Assembly: GCA_040289515.1 (NCBI GenBank)
Contig: PSLI01000033.1
Span: 1-23,815, forward strand
Direction of reading: 5' to 3'
From: Candidatus Sysuimicrobiota bacterium
GTDB lineage: Bacteria; Sysuimicrobiota; Sysuimicrobiia; Sysuimicrobiales; Sysuimicrobiaceae
DNA length: 23,815 nt
A program made the position numbers and the translations under genes. Shown here one piece after another: positions 16,563 to 23,815 of the stretch. The notes beneath the pieces are model-generated. The model saw only the letters and a list, made by a program, of their open reading frames with translations. It made no database searches and had not been told where the DNA came from. Positions within the stretch are counted from its first letter, which is position 1, and each line of letters starts with the position of its first letter.

Positions 16563-17510
16563 TCAGTCCGGAGGTGCCTGCACGGGCACTGGGCCGCCTT
16601 CGAAGTCTTCCACCACGCTGCCTTCGCGGAACCAGCTGTCCGGAGCTCGCTGCCCCCACAGGGTTTGACGGCGCGGGTCGTCCAGGTCCCAGCGCAGGGG
16701 CTCGAACTCGGGGTCCACGGCCAGGTAGTCTCCTGTGTACAGCTCCACCCGGTGGCCGTCGGGATCCCGCAGGTACAGGAACATGGCGTTGCTGATCCCG
16801 TGCCGGCCGGGGCCTCGCTCCAGGCACTCCAGTCGGCCGTCGGCCGCCAGGACGTCCGCGGCGCGCAGCACCGCCAGGGGGTCGGGCACCCAGTACGCGA
16901 AGTGGTGCAGGCGCGGCCCGGCTCCTGTGGTCAGGGCCACGTCGTGCACGTTCCCCTTGCGCTGCAACCACGCGGCCCACACGCGCTCGGAGCGGTCCAC
17001 GGTGTACTCCGTGAGGCGGAAGCGCATCTGCTGGGTGTAGTACGCCATCGCCCGGGGTACATCCGGACAGAACAGGTTGAAGTGGTCCAGCCGCTGCAGG
17101 CCCGGCCCGCGGTAGCGGTGGTACGCGCGCAGCAGGGAGGCGTGCCGGCCCGCGCGGCGGTAAAACACCACGGGAAAGCCGAAGGGGTCCTGCAGCCGCA
17201 CCATCCGAGGCCGTTCGAAGTCCTCCTCCTCGCGCCACGGAAGGCCCAGCTCACGCGCCATGGCCACAGCCCGATCCAGGTCCTCCTCCTCCCCCACCTT
17301 GAAGGCCAGGTGCTTGAGGCCCGGCCACCGGTTTTGTTGCAGCTTCAGGCTCCACTCCCGCTCCTCGTACCCGCGCAGGTACGCCGCATCCTTCGTGGCG
17401 TGCACCGGCTCCAGGCCCAGGAGGTCCTCGTAGAACTCGCGGGATCGTACCAGGTCCGCCACGTACAGCACCACGTGCCCTGCGCGGACCACATGAGGCC
17501 GTTCCAACAC
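16563..17510 (-). CDS. hpaD: 3,4-dihydroxyphenylacetate (homoprotocatechuate) 2,3-dioxygenase, VOC type
   Basis: YLRGYEER, RLDHFN, HDVALTTGAGPRLHHFAY, GPGRHGISNAMFLYLRDPDGHRVELYTGDY (His/His/Glu metal ligands); hpa context. Confidence 0.92.
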   Translation of the reverse strand: MLERPHVVRAGHVVLYVADLVRSREFYEDLLGLEPVHATKDAAYLRGYEEREWSLKLQQNRWPGLKHLAFKVGEEEDLDRAVAMARELGLPWREEEDFERPRMVRLQDPFGFPVVFYRRAGRHASLLRAYHRYRGPGLQRLDHFNLFCPDVPRAMAYYTQQMRFRLTEYTVDRSERVWAAWLQRKGNVHDVALTTGAGPRLHHFAYWVPDPLAVLRAADVLAADGRLECLERGPGRHGISNAMFLYLRDPDGHRVELYTGDYLAVDPEFEPLRWDLDDPRRQTLWGQRAPDSWFREGSVVEDFEGGPVPVQAPPD

Positions 17511-17530
17511 CCCACCCCGCTGGGACGGGC

Positions 17531-17570
17531 TTGACAGCCCACCGCTGGACGCTGACGATTCTATAGGATC
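17531..17570 (+). promoter_or_regulatory. Promoter and operator candidate between the divergent hpaD and GntR genes
   Basis: TTGACA at 17531, 17 nt, GACGAT. The near-palindrome GATTCTATAGGATC at 17557-17570 lies directly before ATG 17574. Confidence 0.55.
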
Positions 17571-17573
17571 CGC

Positions 17574-18275
17574 ATGGGGCTGTCAACCGCGGCAACCCGG
17601 CCCGCCAAGTACCGGGAGGCGTACCGGCTTATCCAGGAGCGCATCCTGCGGGGGCAGCTGCGCCCCGGGCAGCGGGTGATCATCGATGTGCTGGCCCGCG
17701 AGCTGGGCATGAGCCCCACCCCCATTCGGGAGGCCCTGCGGCAGCTGGAGGCCGAAGGGGTGGTGGTGTACAGGCCGCACGCGGGCGCCCGGGTGGCGGA
17801 TGTGAACGCTCGGGCGTACGCGGAGGTGGTGTCCGTGCGGGCGGTGCTGGAGGGCTGGGCCACGGCGCTCGGGGCCCCGCGGGCGAGGGCGCAGCTTCAG
17901 AGGCTACGGAGCCTCAACGCGCGCATGCGGGAGGCCGTCCAGCGGGAGGATTTGGGCACGTTCGACCGGCTCAACCGGCGCTTCCACCGGGCCCTGTACG
18001 CGGGATGCGGTAACCGCCTGCTGCGGGAGCTGTTGGAGAACCTGCGCGCCCGCACGAAGCTGGTGCGCCAGTCTGTTTTCCCCTTCATCCCCCACCGGGC
18101 GTGGGAGTCCGTCCAGGAGCACGACCAGCTGCTGGACCTGCTGCAGGCGGGTGCAGGCGCGGAGGAGGTGGAGGCCTTCGCGCGGCAGCACAAGCTGCGC
18201 ACCTTGCAGGCGTACCTGCGTTGGAAAGCCGCGCAGCCTGCCTCGGGGGCAAGAGGCGATGGCGGTGGACGTTAG
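17574..18275 (+). CDS. GntR-family regulator with FCD domain
   Basis: ILRGQLRPGQRV…LARELGMSPTPIREALRQLEAEG wHTH; RAVLEG, NRRFH, GNRLL and EH motifs of FCD. Confidence 0.92.
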   Translation: MGLSTAATRPAKYREAYRLIQERILRGQLRPGQRVIIDVLARELGMSPTPIREALRQLEAEGVVVYRPHAGARVADVNARAYAEVVSVRAVLEGWATALGAPRARAQLQRLRSLNARMREAVQREDLGTFDRLNRRFHRALYAGCGNRLLRELLENLRARTKLVRQSVFPFIPHRAWESVQEHDQLLDLLQAGAGAEEVEAFARQHKLRTLQAYLRWKAAQPASGARGDGGGR

Positions 18276-19182
18276 GCGGCTGCGGGGGAGCATCGTCCCC
18301 CTGGTGACCCCCTTCCGGAACGGTCAGGTGGACGAAGCTGCCCTAGTACGGCTCATCGAGTGGCAGATCGCTTCCGGAAGCCACGGGATCTCCGTGTGCG
18401 GGACCACGGGGGAGCCCACCTCCCTGTCCAGCGAGGAGCGCAGGCGGGTCATCGAGCTGGCCGTGCGGACGGTGGCGGGGCGGGTGCCCGTGGTGGCCGG
18501 GGTGGGCAGCAACCACCACGGGGAGACTTTAGAGATGGCGCAGTTCGCCCAGCAGGCGGGCGCGGACGCCCTGCTGGTGCTCGTTCCCTACCACGTGCGT
18601 CCCACCCAGGAGGGGCTGTACCAGCACTTCCGCGTCGTGGCCCGCAGCACCACCCTGCCGGTGATCGTGTACAACATCCCGGGCCGCACCGCGGTGAACC
18701 TGGAGGTGGACACCCTGCAGCGTCTGCGGCGGGACTGCGACAACGTGGTGGGGGTGAAGGAGGCCAACCGGGACTTCGAGCACGTCAACCGCGTGCTGTG
18801 GGCGTGCGGGCGGGACTTCCTGCTGTTCAGCGGGATTGAGACCCTGTGCTACCCCATGCTGGCCCTGGGCGGCGCCGGGTTCTTCAGCGCCACGGCCAAC
18901 GTGGTCCCCGACCTGTGCGCCCGGCTCTACGAGCGGTGGGAGGCCGGCGACGTGGAAGGCGCGCGGGCCCTACACTACCACCTCTTACCCCTCAACGAGA
19001 TCCTGTTCGTGGAGACCAACCCGGGACCGGTGAAGTACGCCCTGGGGCTGTTGGGCCGCATCCACCCGGAGGTGCGGCTGCCGCTGGTGTTGCCTTCGGA
19101 GGCGAACCGGCGGAGGATCCACCAGACCCTGCAGCACTACGGGCTGGTACCGTCGGCGGGTGCGGAGGAGGTAGGTGGGTGA
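18259..19182 (+). CDS. hpaI: DapA-like class I aldolase, probable 2,4-dihydroxyhept-2-ene-1,7-dioate aldolase
   Basis: GSIVPLVTPF, GSHGISVCGTTGEP, YNIPGRTAVN, GVKEANRDFEH, ETNP; located within the hpa operon as in Thermus-type clusters. Confidence 0.8.
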   Translation: MAVDVRRLRGSIVPLVTPFRNGQVDEAALVRLIEWQIASGSHGISVCGTTGEPTSLSSEERRRVIELAVRTVAGRVPVVAGVGSNHHGETLEMAQFAQQAGADALLVLVPYHVRPTQEGLYQHFRVVARSTTLPVIVYNIPGRTAVNLEVDTLQRLRRDCDNVVGVKEANRDFEHVNRVLWACGRDFLLFSGIETLCYPMLALGGAGFFSATANVVPDLCARLYERWEAGDVEGARALHYHLLPLNEILFVETNPGPVKYALGLLGRIHPEVRLPLVLPSEANRRRIHQTLQHYGLVPSAGAEEVGG

Positions 19183-19925
19183 GGCGGGTGCGGTTCGCGG
19201 CCGCGGGGCAGGTGCACGCGGGTGAGTTCCGGGACGGCTGGCTGGTGGACGCATCGGGCGGGCATTACCGCCCGGAGGAAGTGGTGTGGCTGCCGCCGGT
19301 GCAGCCCACCAAGGTGGTGGGCCTGGCCCTCAACTACGCAGACCATGCGGAGGAGCTGGGCGTGCAGATGCCCCCCGAACCCGCCCTGTTCTTCAAACCG
19401 CCCTCCAGCCTGGTGGGGCACAGAGCCCCCGTGGTGTACCCCGCGGGCGTCCGGCACCTGCACCAGGAGGTGGAGCTGGCGGTGGTGATCGGCCGCCGGT
19501 GCCGCCGCGTCCGGCCCGAGAACGCCTACGGGGTGGTACGGGGCTACACCATCGCCAACGACGTTACCGTGCGGGACTTCGTGGGGAACTTCTACCGGCC
19601 TCCCGTGCGCGCCAAGGGCTACGACACCTTCTGCCCCGTGGGTCCCTGGGTGGTGGAGGGGGAAGTGGAGGACCCCCACCGGCTTGCGCTGCGGGCGTAC
19701 GTGAACGGCCAGCTGCGCCAGGAGGGGACGACCGCCCACCTGGTTTGGCGCATCCCGGAGCTGGTGGCCTTCGTGTCGGAGATCATGACCCTGGAACCGG
19801 ACGACCTCCTCCTCACGGGCACCCCCCGGGGCGTGGCGCCGGTGTACCCTGGGGACGTGATGCGGCTGGAGGTGGAGGGGATTGGGGTGCTTGAGAACCC
19901 CGTGGTGGCGGAGGACGAGGTTTAA
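19179..19925 (+). CDS. hpaG: Fumarylacetoacetate hydrolase-family isomerase/decarboxylase (HpaG C-terminal type)
   Basis: WLPP, GLALNYADHAEEL, EVELAVVIG, GYTIANDVTVRD, FYRPPVRAKGYDTFCP, LTGTP; GTGA overlap. Confidence 0.85.
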   Translation: MRRVRFAAAGQVHAGEFRDGWLVDASGGHYRPEEVVWLPPVQPTKVVGLALNYADHAEELGVQMPPEPALFFKPPSSLVGHRAPVVYPAGVRHLHQEVELAVVIGRRCRRVRPENAYGVVRGYTIANDVTVRDFVGNFYRPPVRAKGYDTFCPVGPWVVEGEVEDPHRLALRAYVNGQLRQEGTTAHLVWRIPELVAFVSEIMTLEPDDLLLTGTPRGVAPVYPGDVMRLEVEGIGVLENPVVAEDEV

Positions 19926-19937
19926 GGAGGGGTGGCC

Positions 19938-21434
19938 ATGCCTGCGAGGACCGGAGCACAGTACCTGGAGGCACTTCGGAGCCGTCCGCCGGAGCTGTGG
20001 TACGACGGGCGGCGGGTGCACGACCCCACGGAGCACCCTGCCTTCCGCAACATCACCCGCAGCATCGCAGCCCTGTACGACCTGCAGCACGACCCGCAGG
20101 CGGGGGTGGAAATGACCTACCCCTCGCCCACCACGGGCCAGCCGGTGGGTCTGTCCTTCTTGATCCCACACACCTACGACGACCTGGTGCGCACCCGGCG
20201 CATGATGAAGCGCTGGGCGGATGCCTCGGGCGGCTTCATGGGGCGAAGCCCCGACTACCTCAACCGCGCCCTGGTGGGCTTTGCTTCCGCGGCGGACTAC
20301 TGCGCCGAGCTGGACCCCCGCTTCGGAGACAACATCCGGCGCTACTACGAGTACGTGCGGGAGAACGACCTGTGCCTCACGCACACTCTCATCCACCCCC
20401 AGGCGAACCGGTCCGTGGGGCCCAGCCAGCAGTCCGATCCGTACCTTGCCTGCCGCATCGTGCGGGAGGACGCCTCGGGCCTGGTTCTGCGGGGCGCGCG
20501 GATGCTGGCCACCCTGCCTATCGCGGACGAGATCATGGTGTTCCCCTCCACCCTCCTCAAGAGCGGCCCGGAGGACGCCCCCTACGCTTTCGCGGTGGCA
20601 CTCCCGTGCGACGCACCGGGGCTGCGTTTCCAGTGCCGGGAGTCCTTCGACTACGGCCGGTCACCCGCGGACCACCCGTTGGGGAGCCGCTTCGAGGAGA
20701 TGGACGCGGTGGTGATCTTCGACGACGTGCACGTTCCCTGGAACCGGGTGTTTTTGCTGCGGGACGTGGACCGCTGCAACCGCGCCTTCGCCGCCACGGG
20801 GGCGGTGGCCTTCATGGCCCACCAGGTGGTTACCAAGAACGTGGCCAAGACGGAGTTCGTCCTGGGGGTGGCCTCCCTGCTGGTGGACACCATCGCCATC
20901 GAGGGCTACCAGCACGTGCACGAGAAGATGGCGGAGATCATCATCACCCTGGAAGCCATGCGGGCCTTCCTGGTAACGAGCGAGGTGGAAGCGCAGCGCA
21001 ACCGGTGGGGCGTGCTGCAGCCCGCGTGGCCCCCCCTGGACGCGGCGCGCAACCTGTACGTGCGCGCTTACCCGCGGATGGTGGAGATCCTCCAGCAGCT
21101 GGGGGCCTCGGGCTTGATGGCCATCCCCACCGCCAAGGATCTGGAGGGGCCCATGGGCCCCGTGATCCGCCGGTACTACCAGGCGGCGCGGGCAGACGCT
21201 GCGGAACGCATCCGGCTGTTCCGGCTGGCCTGGGACATCGCCCTCAGCGCCTTCGGCTCCCGCCAGGTGCTGTACGAGCGCTTCTTCTTTGGGGACCCGG
21301 TGCGGATGGCGGGCGCCATGTTCCAGTCGTACGACCGGCGACCCTACATGGAGCGGGTGCGGGAGTTCCTGGAGCGGGCAATTCAACAGGCTCCCGCGCT
21401 GCCGACAGAGGCGCCCGCGGGATCCCGTGAGTGA
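19938..21434 (+). CDS. hpaB: 4-hydroxyphenylacetate 3-monooxygenase, oxygenase component
   Basis: ARTGAQYLEAL, LYDLQHDP, GRSPDYLN, THTLIHPQANR, HPLGSRFEEMD and FGSRQVLYERFFFGDP; SD AAGGAGG. Confidence 0.95.
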   Translation: MPARTGAQYLEALRSRPPELWYDGRRVHDPTEHPAFRNITRSIAALYDLQHDPQAGVEMTYPSPTTGQPVGLSFLIPHTYDDLVRTRRMMKRWADASGGFMGRSPDYLNRALVGFASAADYCAELDPRFGDNIRRYYEYVRENDLCLTHTLIHPQANRSVGPSQQSDPYLACRIVREDASGLVLRGARMLATLPIADEIMVFPSTLLKSGPEDAPYAFAVALPCDAPGLRFQCRESFDYGRSPADHPLGSRFEEMDAVVIFDDVHVPWNRVFLLRDVDRCNRAFAATGAVAFMAHQVVTKNVAKTEFVLGVASLLVDTIAIEGYQHVHEKMAEIIITLEAMRAFLVTSEVEAQRNRWGVLQPAWPPLDAARNLYVRAYPRMVEILQQLGASGLMAIPTAKDLEGPMGPVIRRYYQAARADAAERIRLFRLAWDIALSAFGSRQVLYERFFFGDPVRMAGAMFQSYDRRPYMERVREFLERAIQQAPALPTEAPAGSRE

Positions 21435-21990
21435 GCCTCGCACCCCGCCGGACCCACGGGAGTTCCGACGGGTCATGGGGCTGTTCGCCACGGGCGTGAC
21501 GGTGGTGACAGCCTCCGCGGGGGACCATACCCACGCCATGACCGCCAACGCGGTGATGTCGGTTTCCCTAGACCCCCTGCTGGTATGCGTGTGCGTGGGC
21601 AGGCAGGCCCGCATGAACCGGTTCCTGGAGGAGGCGGGTGGGTTCGTCCTCAACATCCTGTCCGAGCACCAGGAGAGCCTGTCCCGGTACTTCGCGGGCA
21701 TGTGGCAGCCACCGGAGCCGCCGCCGTACCGGTTCGTCCCGTGGGTGAGTGGTCCCCGGCTGGAGGGCGCCCTGGCCAGCGTGGGCTGTTCGGTCTACCA
21801 GATCCTGGAAGCAGGAGACCACCGGCTGTTTTTGGGCCAGGTGCTGGCCCTGCATCGGGGCGAGGGCCCCCTGCGCCCTCTCGTGTTCTTCGCGGGCGGC
21901 TACCATCGCCTGCGGGAAGCGGCTTTCGCCGCCCGGGACCCCCTGGAGATCTGGAAGCCCGAGGAAGTGCGCATCTTCTACGAGGGGTAG
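21427..21990 (+). CDS. hpaC: Flavin reductase component
   Basis: FRRVMGLFATGVTVVT, MTANAVMSVSLDPLL, AGDHRLFLGQV, PLVFFAGGY; overlaps the hpaB end. Confidence 0.88.
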   Translation: MSEPRTPPDPREFRRVMGLFATGVTVVTASAGDHTHAMTANAVMSVSLDPLLVCVCVGRQARMNRFLEEAGGFVLNILSEHQESLSRYFAGMWQPPEPPPYRFVPWVSGPRLEGALASVGCSVYQILEAGDHRLFLGQVLALHRGEGPLRPLVFFAGGYHRLREAAFAARDPLEIWKPEEVRIFYEG

Positions 21991-21998
21991 GCCACCGC

Positions 21999-22973
21999 TC
22001 AACCGCCCAGCACCTCCGGGTTGACCACGTGCGGGGGCACCTCGCCCCGCAGGACCGCCAGCACGCACTCCGCCGCCACCCGGGAGGCGCGAGCGATGGC
22101 CTCCCGGGTGTGGGAAGCCATGTGGGGGGACAGGAGGAGGTTGGGCGCATCCAGAAGGGGTGAGGTCCGCGGAGGTTCCTCCTCGAAGACGTCGCAGGCA
22201 GCCCCCGCAATCCAACCCTCCCGCAGGGCACGAGCAAGGGCGGCCTCGTCCACCACGCCGCCCCGGGCGGTGTTCACGAGGTAGCTGGTGGACTTCATCC
22301 GGCGCAGCTGCGCCTCCCCCAGGAGGTGCCGGGTCTCGGGGAGCAGGGGTAGGTGCAGGCTCACGAAATCCGCCTCCTCCAGTAGCCGCGGGAACTCCAC
22401 CAGCTCCACGCCCAGCTCACCTGCCGCGGCCAGGTCAGGCTGTGGATCGTACGCCACCACGCGCAGCCCGAACCCCCTGGCCCGCTCCGCCACCCGCTGT
22501 CCGATGCGCCCGAACCCGACGATCCCTAGGTACTTGCCCCGCAGCTCCACCCCCACCAGGCGCGGCCACGCGCCGGCCCGCACCGCGCGGTCCGCTTCCG
22601 GAACACGCCGCACCAGGGCCAGAAGCAGGGCAAATGCGAAGTCTGCCACGCTGTCCGCGTTCACGCTGGGGGCGTTGGTGACCACCACGCCCAGCTCCGT
22701 GGCCGCCTGCACGTCCACGGTGTCCACCCCGATCCCGTTCCGGGCCACCACCCGCAGCCGGGGCCGGCCCGCCTGTAGGGACCTGCGTCCCACCCGGTCC
22801 ACGCCCACCACCAACCCGTCCACCTGGCCCAGCAGGGCTGCCAATTCCTCGTCCTGCAGCGGCCGGTCCGCGGGCGAGGGGATCACCTCCACGCCTGCGG
22901 TCTCCAGCAGCTTGTAACCTTCCCGGCCCTCCTCGAAGAAGGATCTCGGGGTCGCCAGCACCCGCCAACTCAC
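21999..22973 (-). CDS. D-isomer-specific 2-hydroxyacid dehydrogenase (phosphoglycerate dehydrogenase-like, no ACT domain)
   Basis: GIGVDTVD, NADSVAD, GIVGFGRIG, SLHLPLLPET, NTARGGVVDE, DVFEEEP and SPH; SD GAGGAGGT. Confidence 0.9.
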   Translation of the reverse strand: MSWRVLATPRSFFEEGREGYKLLETAGVEVIPSPADRPLQDEELAALLGQVDGLVVGVDRVGRRSLQAGRPRLRVVARNGIGVDTVDVQAATELGVVVTNAPSVNADSVADFAFALLLALVRRVPEADRAVRAGAWPRLVGVELRGKYLGIVGFGRIGQRVAERARGFGLRVVAYDPQPDLAAAGELGVELVEFPRLLEEADFVSLHLPLLPETRHLLGEAQLRRMKSTSYLVNTARGGVVDEAALARALREGWIAGAACDVFEEEPPRTSPLLDAPNLLLSPHMASHTREAIARASRVAAECVLAVLRGEVPPHVVNPEVLGG

Positions 22974-23085
22974 GGGGACCTCCTCACAGTTCTTTTCTAA
23001 GAGTAGGACCGCGGCCGCGCGACGGGAGAGGATCTGCGGTCAGCTCCGGTGAATCTTCTTGCAGATCCGGATTTCAGGGAGGGAA

Positions 23086-23815
23086 GTGTTGCACAACCCG
23101 CTCAAGCAGCGGTTGCGGGAGGGAAAGGTGGTGGTGGGCTACTGGCTCACCCTGCCCAGCCCCTCGGTGGCGGAGATCATGGGCAGCCTGGCGCTGGACT
23201 GGCTGCTGGTGGACCTGGAACACGGCCCCATCGGGTGGGAGACGTTGGAGGACATGCTGCGCGCCCTGCGGGGCACGCCCGTGGTCCCGCTGGTGCGTGT
23301 TCCCTCAGGTGAGCCACCGGTGCTGAAGCGGGCGCTGGACCGGGGACCGTTGGGCGTGGTGGTGCCCCTGGTGAGCACCGCGGAAGAGGCCGAGCGGGTG
23401 GTGGCCGCCTGCCGCTACCCTCCGCAGGGGATCCGGGGCGTGGCAGGCAGCCGCGCCAGCGGGTATGGTGCTACCTTGGCGGAGTACTTCGCTGCGTGGA
23501 ACCGCGAGGTGCTGGTGGCGTGCCAGGTGGAGACGGTGGAGGCGCTACAGCGGGTGGACGAGATCGCTGCGGTGGACGGGGTGGACGTCCTGTTCGTGGG
23601 GCCCAACGACCTATCGGCCAACCTGAACCGGTGGCGGGACCTGGAATACGAGGGCTTCCGGGAGGCATTGAATCGCGTGCTGGCTGCGGCGCGCCGCCAC
23701 GGGAAGGCGGCGGGCGTGATGTGCACCGGACCCGAGGACGCACTGGCCCGGGTGGACCAGGGGTTCCGGTTCGTGGCTTTGGGCTCGGACGCGCGGCTGC
23801 TGGCCGCGGCGGCCG
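23086..23815 (+). CDS. HpcH/HpaI-family class II aldolase (partial, runs off the window)
   Basis: Absent from the ORF track because it has no stop. MLHNPLKQRLREGK…DWLLVDLEHGP…LVRVP…KRALD…RYPPQGIRG…QVET…LFVGPNDLS…GSD; SD GGGAGG. Confidence 0.9.
   Translation, partial: MLHNPLKQRLREGKVVVGYWLTLPSPSVAEIMGSLALDWLLVDLEHGPIGWETLEDMLRALRGTPVVPLVRVPSGEPPVLKRALDRGPLGVVVPLVSTAEEAERVVAACRYPPQGIRGVAGSRASGYGATLAEYFAAWNREVLVACQVETVEALQRVDEIAAVDGVDVLFVGPNDLSANLNRWRDLEYEGFREALNRVLAAARRHGKAAGVMCTGPEDALARVDQGFRFVALGSDARLLAAAA

Noticed and set aside
14784..16668. Programmed frameshifting producing a functional CaiB-PrpF multidomain protein
   Set aside because: Several separate shifts would be needed, essential ends of both proteins are missing, and neighbouring genes are equally decayed.
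18259..19182. Lysine-biosynthetic dapA
   Set aside because: Embedded in the hpa operon, with GSHGIS…GEP and KEAN features of the catabolic subfamily.
1..23815. CRISPR arrays, tRNA or rRNA genes, prophage or defence genes
   Set aside because: No regularly spaced repeats, cloverleaf motifs or related ORFs seen by eye, apart from the clipped toxin.

Overview
High-GC (~70%) bacterial window, thermophile-like in style; the taxon cannot be determined from sequence alone. From left to right: (1) a scar made of a probable IS256-type terminus, an AT-richer ndk-like fragment and an N-terminally clipped RelE-type toxin; (2) minus-strand ribokinase, a 55-aa two-helix membrane ORF missing from the ORF track, an SPW-repeat protein and ispG; (3) an intergenic ~95-nt minus-strand hairpin RNA candidate with its own near-consensus promoter, a GGAA tetraloop and a U-tail, SRP-like in shape but lacking the canonical SRP loop (the most intriguing element); (4) an operon of SQR-like flavoprotein, DUF71/diphthine-ammonia-ligase-like ATPase and FlK-like thioesterase; (5) a LivKHMGF-type ABC importer, divergent from (6) a ~5.6-kb heavily decayed catabolic operon (leuC/leuD-like, iorA, korA/B/C, CoA-transferase III, prpF) in which only a TetR regulator is intact, with two matching 14-bp operator-like boxes in the divergent region; (7) an intact 4-hydroxyphenylacetate/homoprotocatechuate cluster (hpaD, GntR, DapA-like aldolase, hpaG, hpaB, hpaC) without hpaE; (8) a D-2-hydroxyacid dehydrogenase and an HpcH-family aldolase that runs off the right edge. 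All family calls come from motif recognition by eye, not from database searches.
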